A stretch of 64,000 nt of DNA from an uncultured bacterium (GCA_964584495.1 CAZPAH010000001.1:7393-71392); one strand, 5' to 3'; shown: positions 1 to 9,051, counted from the stretch's first letter. Numbers and translations: made by a program. Notes: generated from the letters alone by a model not told the origin.

Positions 1-860
1 ATCCTCGCGTACCCCGTAACCTGGCAGGAGTCCCAGGAGCTGATCCTGCTGAAATGCTCCCCTCCCTCTTTACGGTCATAGAGAAGGAAGCAGTAGCATG
101 TCGGGCAGATATTCGTGCAGGCCCCGCATTCCACGCAACGGGCCGCCTCGGTCGTCCAGATCGCATCGGTCAACATCTCCCTCAACGGTTCGGTCATCGC
201 CGACGCCTCAGGGAAATCCTTGTTGTTCTTCTCGAGCTCCTCTATCACCTTCGCGCGGATCTCGTCCCTCGCCTTCGCCTGCCCTTCGCGGGGCTCGGTG
301 AAGAGATCCGAGTTTTCCTCAATAATCTTCTCGCCCCTCGGCGAGCCGGCCTCCACCAGGCACCCTCCGCCTATCTTCGAGATATTCAGATCGTAGCCCT
401 TCTCCGGGAAAGGCCTGTTACCGATTAGGTTGCAGAAGCACGACCGCGAGCATTCGGAGCAATCGGCGGAGATCACGATCATCTTGTCCCTGCGTATCTT
501 GTAGAACGGATCGGTGAATTCCCCCTCGATCTGGACCTTATCGACCAGATCCATGGCGTACAGGTCGCATGCCTTGGCCCCGACCACCACGAAAGTGGGG
601 CAACTTTCATCAGGTTCCAGCTCGTCCCCCGCGTCCGAGGGATATTCGGCCACCTTGGTCCGAAGAAGCTGAGCGAAACCCTTCAGAGTCTCGACCGTCC
701 TGTATCCGTCGAACGCCGTGCCTTCGGGAAGGGGGAAGGATTCGGCCCTCTCCAGGTGGAGCTTCCCCGAATCTTCGTCCCGCACCGGCACAAAAAGCTC
801 CCCCTCGCTGGAGAGCTTTTTCAAAAGCCTCTCGAAATTTGTCGAATCGATAAAACGCAT
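1..860 (-). CDS. 4Fe-4S cluster protein, AsrA/HydB-like (anaerobic sulfite reductase subunit A / sulfhydrogenase beta-like); runs off window start (3' partial)
   Basis: Own minus-strand translation from ATG at 858-860: MRFIDSTNFERLLKKLSSEGELFVPVRDEDSGKLHLER... stays open to position 1. C-terminal part read so far has CVECGACTNICPTCYCF Cys cluster. Absent from ORF track because no stop lies inside the window. Plus-strand ORFs 54..428, 98..301 and 115..396 are its antisense shadows. Confidence 0.55.
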   Translation of the reverse strand, partial: MRFIDSTNFERLLKKLSSEGELFVPVRDEDSGKLHLERAESFPLPEGTAFDGYRTVETLKGFAQLLRTKVAEYPSDAGDELEPDESCPTFVVVGAKACDLYAMDLVDKVQIEGEFTDPFYKIRRDKMIVISADCSECSRSCFCNLIGNRPFPEKGYDLNISKIGGGCLVEAGSPRGEKIIEENSDLFTEPREGQAKARDEIRAKVIEELEKNNKDFPEASAMTEPLREMLTDAIWTTEAARCVECGACTNICPTCYCFLLYDRKEGGEHFSRISSWDSCQVTGYAR

Positions 861-1070
861 CAATATCTTTTCTGTTTTTGAGTTGCCCGCCGCCATTCAT
901 GCGGCATACCTATTCGACTTATGACGCATTTTCAGCGCCGGAACAGAAGCAATCTTCCATAGTTCTGTAAAAGTGTCAAGGTAATTTTTTCAAATTTTTT
1001 ACGGAAGGTGCCGAGGGCCCGGCGTCGTCGGTCGCATGCCGCCCGGAGCCTGTTTTCGTGGCGAATCTCC

Positions 1071-2000
1071 TTACATCCCGTCCGTCTTCTCGGCGAGCAG
1101 CACCTTCACCTTCTCCTCGAGCGCTTTTCCCCGCAGGTTCTTGAACCTGATCTTCCCCTCGCGGTCCAACAGGAAAGTGGCCGGTATGGAGCTTATTGCG
1201 TAGACCTGCCCGACATGAGACTGCCACCCCTTTCCGTCGAACACCTGCCTCCAGGTTATCCTGTTCTCGGCTATATAGCTTTTCAGCCTCGCGCCGTCGT
1301 TATCCAGAGATATGCCCACTATCTCGAAGCCTTGTTTCCCGTACTCGGCGTATACCCTTCTGACGTTCGGCATCTCTTGTCGGCAGGGCGAGCACCAGGT
1401 CGCCCAGAAATCCAGAAGAACGACCTTGCCCCTGTATTTCGAAAGCGTCAGCTCCTTCCCGTCCAGGGCCGTCGCCGAAAAATCTATCGCCGGCGAGCCC
1501 ACGACGAGCTTCTTCAATGTACCTATCCTGGAAAGCGCCATCCGCGAAACCTGAAGGATCCTGGGATCGACATTCTCCCCGGAGGCAAGCTTTTCCATCT
1601 CCGCGCGGGCCTTGTCGAACTCCTCCATGCCGAGATAGATGTCTCCGAGGGTATACCGCGCCGCCGCTTCGTCGCTCCGGGATTTCTCGTAGGAGGCGGC
1701 CAAATACGATTCGAGATGTTTAATCGCCTCCCCGTTTCTTCCCGTTTCCCTATACAGCTGCGCAAGATTCAGCTCGGCGTTTCCGCGCGCTCCAGAGCCC
1801 GGATATTTCCCGATGAATTCGAGCAGGGATCTTTCGGCGAATCCTATAAATTCCTCCGACGGCATCGCTTTCTGTTTCCTTCCTAGCTCGGCCAGGAGCT
1901 TCTCGAGCTCGGCGCCCGCCTCGTCATTGGCGGCCATGGCCGCGGCCGCCAATGAGGCGGCAAGGGCGAAGAATACTATCAAAGATACTGCCTTGCGCAT
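1071..2000 (-). CDS. TlpA-like thiol-disulfide oxidoreductase (thioredoxin fold, WCSPC active site) with N-terminal signal peptide and TPR-like region
   Basis: Signal peptide MRKAVSLIVFFALAASLAAAAMA; TPR-like helical N-domain; C-terminal redoxin domain with LLDFWATWCSPCRQEMP motif. Confidence 0.8.
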   Translation of the reverse strand: MRKAVSLIVFFALAASLAAAAMAANDEAGAELEKLLAELGRKQKAMPSEEFIGFAERSLLEFIGKYPGSGARGNAELNLAQLYRETGRNGEAIKHLESYLAASYEKSRSDEAAARYTLGDIYLGMEEFDKARAEMEKLASGENVDPRILQVSRMALSRIGTLKKLVVGSPAIDFSATALDGKELTLSKYRGKVVLLDFWATWCSPCRQEMPNVRRVYAEYGKQGFEIVGISLDNDGARLKSYIAENRITWRQVFDGKGWQSHVGQVYAISSIPATFLLDREGKIRFKNLRGKALEEKVKVLLAEKTDGM

Positions 2001-2077
2001 ATTTCCTTCCTTTCAATAGACCGGGGTGCACCGTTATCACGGCGCACCCCAACATTCGAAAAATTATTCTAATACGG

Positions 2078-2896
2078 CTATTGCCCGGCGCTTACGACCC
2101 TGACCGAACCGCGGACGAGAACCTCTATCTTCTCGTACCCTTTGTAGTTCGTATAGAAGGTCAGAGTTTCAACATACTTCCCCGTCTCGGAGGGGGGCCT
2201 TACCTGGACCTTGCACTGGAACGCCTTGCCGGGTTTTATCTCCCTGACGTTGACGGTGATATTCTCGCTGCTGGGAACGACCTTGAGCACCTTTAGCGAA
2301 TCGCCCCTCGACGCGATGATCGATACCATCTTCTCGAAAGACTTGCTGGTACCCTCGGGCACCTGCATCTCGCGTATGAACAACACGTTGGGCTGCACTT
2401 CCACGTCGGGCATTATGACAATCCTTACGGGCACCTCTTTTTCGGAGACCCTTTCGAAGTTGGACTTCACTATCAGATTCACCAAATAGTTCCCGGGGGG
2501 TATGTCCCCCTTAGAGCTTATCTTTATCCTGTACTTGCGCCCCGCCTCGATCGTCTCGAGATCGGCTTTCAGCTTGTCGATAAGTATCTCGGAATCCTTG
2601 CTCTTCTTGGACCATTCAAGTCCGGTAAGGTTCACCGGATCATCGATGGTTATCGTGACGATCGATTCCATGTCGATCTTCTCGTCCACGAATCCGTTGA
2701 AATTGAGATTCCTCGAGAAGTTAAAGACCCTCTTTACCATTCCGGAGACATTGAGGACGACTCTTGCGTTATCGGGGTCGTTGGTCTTCACCGTGAAATT
2801 CTTGCTGAAATGCCCCGGCGAAATCTTGTGTCCCAATATATTGACGAATATTTTTCCTTCCTTCCCGGGAAGGATGACCTTATCGAAGTCGGCCAC
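2078..2896 (-). CDS. DUF1573 domain protein, C-terminal segment (GTG start in ORF track); continues in frame from 2906..3151 across a TGA
   Basis: Translation after the TGA reads GCSVADFDKVILPGKEGKIFVNI, matching the DUF1573 core (SCGCTVPEWP...PGEEGEIKVTF) from its second residue onward. Confidence 0.55.
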   Translation of the reverse strand: MADFDKVILPGKEGKIFVNILGHKISPGHFSKNFTVKTNDPDNARVVLNVSGMVKRVFNFSRNLNFNGFVDEKIDMESIVTITIDDPVNLTGLEWSKKSKDSEILIDKLKADLETIEAGRKYRIKISSKGDIPPGNYLVNLIVKSNFERVSEKEVPVRIVIMPDVEVQPNVLFIREMQVPEGTSKSFEKMVSIIASRGDSLKVLKVVPSSENITVNVREIKPGKAFQCKVQVRPPSETGKYVETLTFYTNYKGYEKIEVLVRGSVRVVSAGQ

Positions 2897-2905
2897 GGAG
2901 CAGCC

Positions 2906-3151
2906 TCACCCAGGGCGAACGTTAAGTATTTGCAGCTCATCCGTCCCGTTGTTGCGTATCACGAAAGTATATTTGATGTCGGTGCCCTCGAAGAAATCGC
3001 CCAAGTCGACATTCTTGCTCTTGACGAACATCTTCGGCCCGCCTTTCGCGCTGGCGCTGCCGATAAGGCCCGACGCCAGGGCGATCAGGACGAAGACGGC
3101 GATTAATCCGATTGCTCTTGGGCTGCAGAGATTCTTCATTTTTTCCTCCAA
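2906..3151 (-). CDS. DUF1573 domain protein, N-terminal segment (signal peptide plus first half of DUF1573 motif), ending at in-frame TGA 2906-2908
   Basis: Signal peptide MEEKMKNLCSPRAIGLIAVFVLIALASG; then FVKSKNVDLGDFFEGTDIKYTFVIRNNGTDELQILNVRPG, which matches the DUF1573 consensus up to the residue before the CGC motif. Confidence 0.55.
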   Translation of the reverse strand: MEEKMKNLCSPRAIGLIAVFVLIALASGLIGSASAKGGPKMFVKSKNVDLGDFFEGTDIKYTFVIRNNGTDELQILNVRPG

Positions 3152-3501
3152 TTAAACAAACCCCAAACCCCGCCGGGGAACCTTTTCCTTTCCCGGTCGT
3201 TACCGCCAGGGGGGTTCGGGATATTCACCGTACGGTTTACTATTATAAAAAAAAGGCGGGTGACAGTTCCAGAAAAAAATAAAAGAACGTTTCGAAGGGC
3301 GCCGATATGTCGGCCTTATTCCCTTTTAGTTGAACCTTCCCCCCTTTTTTCTTTTAATTGCCGCGGTTTTTCTGTAGATTATCCCTGGCACCGGGATAAA
3401 TGCATCCGCTTCGCGCGGACCTGCCCTGCGCCGTACGCCCGCAGGGCTTCCGGTGGGAGACCCCGGCCGGCGGCGGAGATTTGTATAAAAGGAGTTGCGA
3501 G

Positions 3502-4089
3502 ATGCCTCTTTACAGCGACAAGGTAATGGATCATTTCATGAACCCGAGAAACGTCGGCGAGCTCGATCTCCCCGACGGAGTCGGCGAGGTCGGAAATCCG
3601 GTCTGCGGGGACATGATGACTTTCATGATAAAGGTCGAGGACGACAGGATCAAGGATGTCAAGTTCAAGACGTTCGGCTGCGGCGCTGCTATCGCCGTCT
3701 CGAGCATGGTCAGCGAGATCGCGATCGGGAAAACGCTCGATGAGGCCATGGCGATCACGAACGATATGGTGGCCGAAGAGCTCGGCGGCCTCCCTAAGAA
3801 CAAGATGCACTGCTCCAATCTCGGCGCGGACGCCCTGCATAAAGCGATCGAGAACTACAGGGAAAGATTGAAAACAGGGGAGCCGGCACCCAAGCCGACG
3901 AGCCATCCGGTGGAGAATAAGGACGAAACCTGCCCGTTCTGCGACGCCGAGATCGAGGATTCCCTCCCCTTCTGCAAATCGTGCAAGACGGAGCTCTTCC
4001 GCTGTCCCGAATGCGGCATGGTGGCCGACAGGTCGAAGGACTCCTGTCCCCACTGCGGGGCGCGGCTGAGCCCGGCCGACGGGAAATAA
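3502..4089 (+). CDS. NifU/IscU-type Fe-S cluster scaffold protein with C-terminal double zinc-ribbon extension
   Basis: MPLYSDKVMDHFMNPRNVGE...GNPVCGDMM...HCSNLGADAL matches IscU/NifU N-domain; AAAGGAG RBS at 3489-3495 supports ATG 3502 over the longer ORF from 3400; C-terminal CPFC...CKSC...CPEC...CPHC. Confidence 0.85.
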   Translation: MPLYSDKVMDHFMNPRNVGELDLPDGVGEVGNPVCGDMMTFMIKVEDDRIKDVKFKTFGCGAAIAVSSMVSEIAIGKTLDEAMAITNDMVAEELGGLPKNKMHCSNLGADALHKAIENYRERLKTGEPAPKPTSHPVENKDETCPFCDAEIEDSLPFCKSCKTELFRCPECGMVADRSKDSCPHCGARLSPADGK

Positions 4090-4108
4090 CGCCGTTAGGG
4101 GGGCCCTC

Positions 4109-5023
4109 GTGCCGGCAAGAGAGCTGAAGGAAAAGATCTACCGCCTCCGGAAGGAAAAGGGCGCGGTAATCCTCTCCCATAACTACCAGCCTCCCGAGAT
4201 CCAGGATATAGCCGATCACCTGGGCGATTCGCTCGACCTGAGCAGGCTCGCCTCCAAGCTCGACAACGGAGTAATCATATTCTGCGGCGTTCATTTCATG
4301 GCGGAGACTGCGGCGATCCTGTCCCCGGAGAAAAAGATAATTCTTCCCGATCCCCTGGCCGGATGCCCGATGGCCGACATGATCACTCCGGAGGGACTCG
4401 CCGCTCTCCAGGAAAAACACCCGGGCGCTTTAACGGTGATGTACGTGAACTCCACGGCCGAGGTGAAGGCTATGACCGATGTCTGCTGCACATCCGCGAA
4501 TGCGCGCGAGGTGGTGATGTCCCTGCCCCGGGAGAACGAGATTATCTTCGGTCCCGACAAGAATCTTGGAAGATGGGTGGCGGAGCAGACGGGGAGGAAG
4601 CTGATCCTTTGGGACGGCTACTGCCCCTCCCACCAAAGGATCATGCCTGAGGAGATCCGCGCCTTGAGGGACAAATACCCCGGGTGCATCGTGATGGCCC
4701 ATCCCGAGGTGAACCGTTACGTCGCGGCGGAGGCCGACGTTCTCCTGGGAACGGGCGGGATGATCGCCTACGCGGGAAAGAGCGATGCCGAAACCTTCAT
4801 CGTCGGAACCGAGCCGGGAATGGTCTACCGCCTCGAGAAGCTCTACCCGGCAAAGAAGTTTATTCCTGCCTCGAAAAACGCGATATGTCGCAACATGAAG
4901 AAGATCACACTCGAGAAGGTCCAAGCCTCGCTCGAGACGCTCGGGCCCGTGGTCCGAGTGCCGGCAAAGATCGCCGACCTGTCCCGAAGGGCGATCCTCA
5001 GGATGATCGAGACGGGCGCCTAG
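4109..5023 (+). CDS. nadA: quinolinate synthase NadA
   Basis: Full-length similarity to NadA: KEKGAVILSHNYQ..., conserved Cys residues, LLGTGGMI motif. Confidence 0.85.
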   Translation: MPARELKEKIYRLRKEKGAVILSHNYQPPEIQDIADHLGDSLDLSRLASKLDNGVIIFCGVHFMAETAAILSPEKKIILPDPLAGCPMADMITPEGLAALQEKHPGALTVMYVNSTAEVKAMTDVCCTSANAREVVMSLPRENEIIFGPDKNLGRWVAEQTGRKLILWDGYCPSHQRIMPEEIRALRDKYPGCIVMAHPEVNRYVAAEADVLLGTGGMIAYAGKSDAETFIVGTEPGMVYRLEKLYPAKKFIPASKNAICRNMKKITLEKVQASLETLGPVVRVPAKIADLSRRAILRMIETGA

Positions 5024-5127
5024 CGCGAATATCGTTTGACACGAATCGCACTTTCATTTAAACAATGACCGGAGCCGGATAACATTCCGGGAAAAATGTT
5101 CGTTTTTCCGATCGAGAGGAGAAGGTC

Positions 5128-6315
5128 ATGAAGAGAACCCTGGTCATCGCGCTCGCCGCCGCCGTCCTGCTTTCCACCGTCCCGCCGGTAACGGCGGGAG
5201 AGACAGGCGGGAAATATTCGTTCAAATTCGGCGGTTTTTTCAAAACCGACATGATCCTGGACAACGCACGCGTCTACCCCGGAGACTACGCCCTCTGGAT
5301 GGTCGACTACAATGAGGACGAGACCGCTTTCTACCTTACCGCCCGGGAAACAAGGCTCGGGTTCGACTTCGCCTGGGATGATGAAAAATTCAAGACAACG
5401 GCGAAACTGGAATTCGACTTCTACGGAAGCGGCGACGAAAACAAGGCCCAGCCGATGATACGCCACGCATACATGAAACTCTCGAAAAGCAACTGGTCGA
5501 TTCTCGCGGGACAGACGTGGGACGTAATCTCCCCGTTGAACCCGAAGACCGCGAACTACTCGGTCCTTTGGTGCCAGGGCAATATCGGTTACAGGCGGCC
5601 TCAGGTACGTTTCTCCGCCTGGGGAGACATAGGAGACGGGGCAAAAGTATCTCTCGATGTCGCCCTCGCCAGGACGCTCGGTTCCGACCAAGACGCCGAC
5701 GGTCTCGATGACGGAGCGGACGCCTCCATTCCCTCGATCCAGGGAAGGCTCGGGCTAAACTCGAAGCTCGGCGACGAAGGATCCATGGGGGTCGGCGTGT
5801 CGGGCCATTTCGGCCAGGAGAAATGGGGCCCCGAGGATTCCACCTCCACCGACTCGTGGTCGCTCAACGCCGATCTTTCGTTGAAGGTAAACTCCAGGGT
5901 CTCGTTCGCCGGGGAGTTCTTCACCGGCGAGAACCTCGGAACGTACCTGGGCGGGATATACCAGCGGGTCGACCCGCTCCACGATCCTCTTCCGGCGGTA
6001 GGCGGCTGGGGGATGATCTCGCTCAAGCTTCACGACAGGGTGACGTTCAACGGCGGGTACTCGTTCGACGACCCCGACGAAGCCAAATACCTCGTGCCCG
6101 CCGACGGCGAGCCCCATACTTTCAAGAATCTCAACTCGGAGATGTTCGGTAACTTCTTCATAGGGATCACCGGCAACGTCACGGCGATTTTCGAGGCGGC
6201 CTATATGAAAACCGAATACATGACCAGGACCGACAACGGTTCCTCGATCACCGATGCGACCGCCGATTACGACGGGCTCAGGCTTCAACTCTCCCTTAAA
6301 GCCGATATAAAGTGA
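5128..6315 (+). CDS. outer-membrane beta-barrel (porin-like) protein with signal peptide
   Basis: Signal peptide MKRTLVIALAAAVLLSTVPPVTA; alternating amphipathic strand pattern; aromatic C-terminus typical of OM barrels. Confidence 0.55.
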   Translation: MKRTLVIALAAAVLLSTVPPVTAGETGGKYSFKFGGFFKTDMILDNARVYPGDYALWMVDYNEDETAFYLTARETRLGFDFAWDDEKFKTTAKLEFDFYGSGDENKAQPMIRHAYMKLSKSNWSILAGQTWDVISPLNPKTANYSVLWCQGNIGYRRPQVRFSAWGDIGDGAKVSLDVALARTLGSDQDADGLDDGADASIPSIQGRLGLNSKLGDEGSMGVGVSGHFGQEKWGPEDSTSTDSWSLNADLSLKVNSRVSFAGEFFTGENLGTYLGGIYQRVDPLHDPLPAVGGWGMISLKLHDRVTFNGGYSFDDPDEAKYLVPADGEPHTFKNLNSEMFGNFFIGITGNVTAIFEAAYMKTEYMTRTDNGSSITDATADYDGLRLQLSLKADIK

Positions 6316-6377
6316 AAGGGAGCGGACGGACCGGAGCCGTTCGGAAAAGAATGATCCTGCCGGGCACCTTGATTTCA

Positions 6378-6412
6378 AGCCCTCCGGACTCCTTTCCGGA
6401 GGGCTTTTTTTT
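6378..6412 (+). terminator. rho-independent terminator after porin-like gene
   Basis: AGCCCTCCGGA / 6-nt loop / TCCGGAGGGCT followed by TTTTTTT. Confidence 0.8.
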
Positions 6413-6453
6413 CGATCGGATCTCAACGGGCTTCACGGGCGGGCCGGGTCCGG

Positions 6454-7404
6454 TCAGCCGGGTCCGGCGTGGAGCTCCTCGATCTCGTAGCTGTACCCCG
6501 CCTCTATCCTCGTTTTTCCGCCAAGGTAATTTCCTATAAGCTGCCCGCAGTTGCTTCCTATATGGTTCTCCTCGAGCTCCCCGATGCTGAGAACGACCCG
6601 GTACCCTGCCTCCTCGAGAGAAGATATAATCCTCTCTCCTTCTTCCCCCGGAAGCGGCAGGCCCCTCACGCCGCTCTCCCGGGCCCGCCCGGTAGGATTC
6701 ACCGGCGTTATCTTCACGATGAAGACCGAGGGATCGAAGTGGCGGAGAAGCTCCTCCGCGCTGACAGGCATCCTCTCGGCAAGGGCGAAGTTCAGCGACA
6801 CCTTCCTCCCCCCTCCTCCGTAGATCCTCTCTCCGTAACGCGCGATCCTCTCGAGGGACCACTTCGGCGTCGGTATGAGCCAGTCGCGCATACGTCGGTC
6901 GGTGGTGTGAACCGAAAATTGGATCTGGAAGCTTTCCGCGTACAGTTCCCTTTTGATATCGAGCAGCCGGTCGAAGAAACGGCACTTTCCCTCGGGGGCT
7001 ATTGTAGATATCGCCGGCATCAGCCCCGGGGCATCGTACCTGCCTGGAAGGCTCTCGAGAATATCGAGGACCGCCTCGTTATAGGACGGCTCCCCCATCC
7101 TTGCGAACTGGATCTTGAATTTCTCCACCGGCACTATGCGGTCGGGGAAGCGTCCGGCTACCATGTAATCGATCTGCGCCGCCATCTCGTCGGCCGAAAG
7201 TCTGCCACGGTAAGAGTCCGCCGCATCGCAGAATCTGCACCGGCACGGGCAGCCGTACAGGGTCGATACTATCAGCACCCATTTTCTCTCCCTCGGGATC
7301 GGCGGCTGCACCGACTCCACGAACTCGATATGCCTTCCGTTGGAACCTTCCGCCATGTATACCGTGGCGATATCTTCCCTTCCCGCCTTTGCCCTTACCT
7401 TCAA
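6454..7404 (-). CDS. RlmN/Cfr-family-like radical SAM enzyme (short form lacking the N-terminal accessory domain)
   Basis: IATVYMAEGSNGRH...LIVSTLYGCPCRCRFC (CxxxCxxC), RMGEPS, ISTIAPEG and C-terminal NCGQL all align with RlmN/Cfr landmarks (ETVYIPE, CVSSQVGCALECKFC, GMGEP, STSG, ACGQL); start overlaps upstream gene stop by 4 nt. Confidence 0.65.
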   Translation of the reverse strand: MKVRAKAGREDIATVYMAEGSNGRHIEFVESVQPPIPRERKWVLIVSTLYGCPCRCRFCDAADSYRGRLSADEMAAQIDYMVAGRFPDRIVPVEKFKIQFARMGEPSYNEAVLDILESLPGRYDAPGLMPAISTIAPEGKCRFFDRLLDIKRELYAESFQIQFSVHTTDRRMRDWLIPTPKWSLERIARYGERIYGGGGRKVSLNFALAERMPVSAEELLRHFDPSVFIVKITPVNPTGRARESGVRGLPLPGEEGERIISSLEEAGYRVVLSIGELEENHIGSNCGQLIGNYLGGKTRIEAGYSYEIEELHAGPG

Positions 7405-8363
7405 GCCTTTCCTCCCGGCGCCGATCCATCGTCCCTTTTCCGGTGACGGCGGCCGCCATTTAAATACGCGTAAATATTCATCGCGGCACGCATGCCGTCA
7501 CCGACCGCTATCGATACCTGCCTGCTCCTTCCATTTACGACATCGCCTACTAGATGGAGGCTCCCCGCGCCGACCAGCGAATCGACAAGCCCCTTGACCC
7601 CGGGACCGAGAAACGAAACGCAGGGATCCCTACCAACGGCGAAAAGGAGGGCGTCGGCCGCCAGCTTCCGGCTTCCGGCCGGCCCGCTCAAGCCTAGTAT
7701 CAGCCTCTCCCGCTTTCCGGAGCCGGCCTTCGAGACCCCGAGCAGCCCGGCGCCCGCCATCACCGAGATCCTCGCATTCTCCTCGCACCTGCGAAGAAGC
7801 ATGGGCAGGCACTTTGGCGAACTGCTCCTGCAGACTACGGTGACATCGTTGCGCCGGGAGAGTGAAAGGGCGTAATCGAAAGCTGCGTCCCCTCCCCCGA
7901 TGACGGCGACCTTCATTCCTTCCCCTGAAAGGAGCGGACTGGCCTCGAAGTGCACCGCTCCCACTACCTCCCCGGGCAGCTCGAGTCCCGGCGCTTTCGC
8001 ACCCCTCGTCCCCGAGGCTATCACTGCAACGGAAGTCTCCAGCACGCCCCTTTGCGTAACGGTTCTGAAAAAACCGCCGCCGTACTCGAGCGAGACTACC
8101 TCTTCCGTTCGCAGGCGGGCTCCGGAGCTTTTCAGCTGGGCGGCAAAGAGCGCGGCAAGCTCGCACCCCCTGATTCCGCCGGGAAATCCCGGATAATTTT
8201 CCACCAGATATGCGTTGGCGACGAGTCCTCCGGGCGCGCCCCCGTCGAAGACGGTCGTCTCGATACCGAAACGCGAAAGCTGAACGGCGGCCGTTATCCC
8301 GGCCGGCCCGGCACCGATCACGGATACCCTCGCCGCAGCCTTCTCCGGCTCGCGCCCCCCCAC
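7401..8363 (-). CDS. NAD(P)/FAD-dependent oxidoreductase (thioredoxin-reductase-like flavoprotein)
   Basis: VIGAGPAGITAAV Rossmann motif near N-terminus, second nucleotide-binding motif VAVIGGGDAAFDYA; start placed at in-frame GTG just after the isochorismatase stop, since the ORF track's longer N-extension overlaps the upstream gene. Confidence 0.6.
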   Translation of the reverse strand: MGGREPEKAAARVSVIGAGPAGITAAVQLSRFGIETTVFDGGAPGGLVANAYLVENYPGFPGGIRGCELAALFAAQLKSSGARLRTEEVVSLEYGGGFFRTVTQRGVLETSVAVIASGTRGAKAPGLELPGEVVGAVHFEASPLLSGEGMKVAVIGGGDAAFDYALSLSRRNDVTVVCRSSSPKCLPMLLRRCEENARISVMAGAGLLGVSKAGSGKRERLILGLSGPAGSRKLAADALLFAVGRDPCVSFLGPGVKGLVDSLVGAGSLHLVGDVVNGRSRQVSIAVGDGMRAAMNIYAYLNGGRRHRKRDDGSAPGGKA

Positions 8364-8364
8364 A

Positions 8365-9045
8365 TCAACCCCCTCCCCCACCGCCCAGGGCGATCTCTTT
8401 CTCAAGACCTTCCACGATGTGGCGGCACAGGACGGGATCTGCGAATCCGTGCGACAGGTTGCGCAGCGATGCCAGATGGAAATCCTCGTTATAGGTGGCC
8501 GTTCCATCGATCGGCATCAGAACGCCGAATCCCCTGACGAAAGCCGAGCGTGCCGTCGTCTCGCAGCAAAGATGGGTCATGACCCCCGTAATCACAACCT
8601 GCTCAACCGCCCTCTCGCGAAGCCTCTCTTCGAGGTTCGTCCCGAAGAAAGCATCGTACTGAGTTTTTATTATCGTCTCGGTTCCGCCTATGATCAGCTC
8701 CGGGTCGAGCCCCGAGAGACCTCCGCCCTCCTCTATTATATCGCTCCACCAAACTCCGAGCATCCCGGCGTCCTTCTTCGTGTTCAAGTGCCGCGTCAGG
8801 ATGACGGGCAGTGAGGCTTGAAGGTAGAGGAGTATGAGCTCTTTTATACGCGGCAGGATCGCCGGTCCGCTGGGAACGAAGGCGTGGGATGCTCCGTCGA
8901 GGAAGTACCGCTGCATGTCGAGAACGAGCAGGGCCGAGCGGCCGGCGACGAACCCCAACCGTTCTCTCCCTTGCTTCTCCAATTTTCCGAGAATCCTCGA
9001 AGCCGCACCGTCTATATCTTCTCCTGTGAAATATTTCTCTTTCAT
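8365..9045 (-). CDS. isochorismatase-family cysteine hydrolase
   Basis: LLVLDMQRYF...VITGVMTHLCCETTARSA matches isochorismatase/cysteine-hydrolase fold with catalytic Cys. Confidence 0.75.
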   Translation of the reverse strand: MKEKYFTGEDIDGAASRILGKLEKQGRERLGFVAGRSALLVLDMQRYFLDGASHAFVPSGPAILPRIKELILLYLQASLPVILTRHLNTKKDAGMLGVWWSDIIEEGGGLSGLDPELIIGGTETIIKTQYDAFFGTNLEERLRERAVEQVVITGVMTHLCCETTARSAFVRGFGVLMPIDGTATYNEDFHLASLRNLSHGFADPVLCRHIVEGLEKEIALGGGGGG

Positions 9046-9051
9046 CCCGCC

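Noticed and set aside
54-428. Plus-strand ORFs 54..428, 98..301, 115..396 and minus ORF 610..900
   Set aside because: Arg/Pro/Gly-rich products typical of antisense or frame artefacts in high-GC DNA. The real gene is the minus-strand Fe-S protein starting at 860 in a different frame, which gives a coherent domain-bearing translation.
1008-1886. Long antisense ORFs, for example 1008..1886+, 3379..4053-, 6296..6985-, 6469..7446+, 19810..21147+, 41199..42383-, 55652..56614-
   Set aside because: They overlap well-supported genes on the opposite strand. Their products are low-complexity and Arg/Pro/His-rich with no domain resemblance, as expected for spurious ORFs in high-GC sequence.
3395-3420. 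TGGCAC...TGCA sequence upstream of nifU resembling a sigma54 promoter
   Set aside because: The GC of the putative -12 element lies 5 nt too far from the GG (TGGCAC-cggga-TAAAT-GCA). The spacing is incompatible with the -24/-12 consensus.
5060-5100. Small hairpin CCGGATAACATTCCGG after nadA as a terminator
   Set aside because: Only a 5-bp stem and no clean U-tract. Too weak to call.
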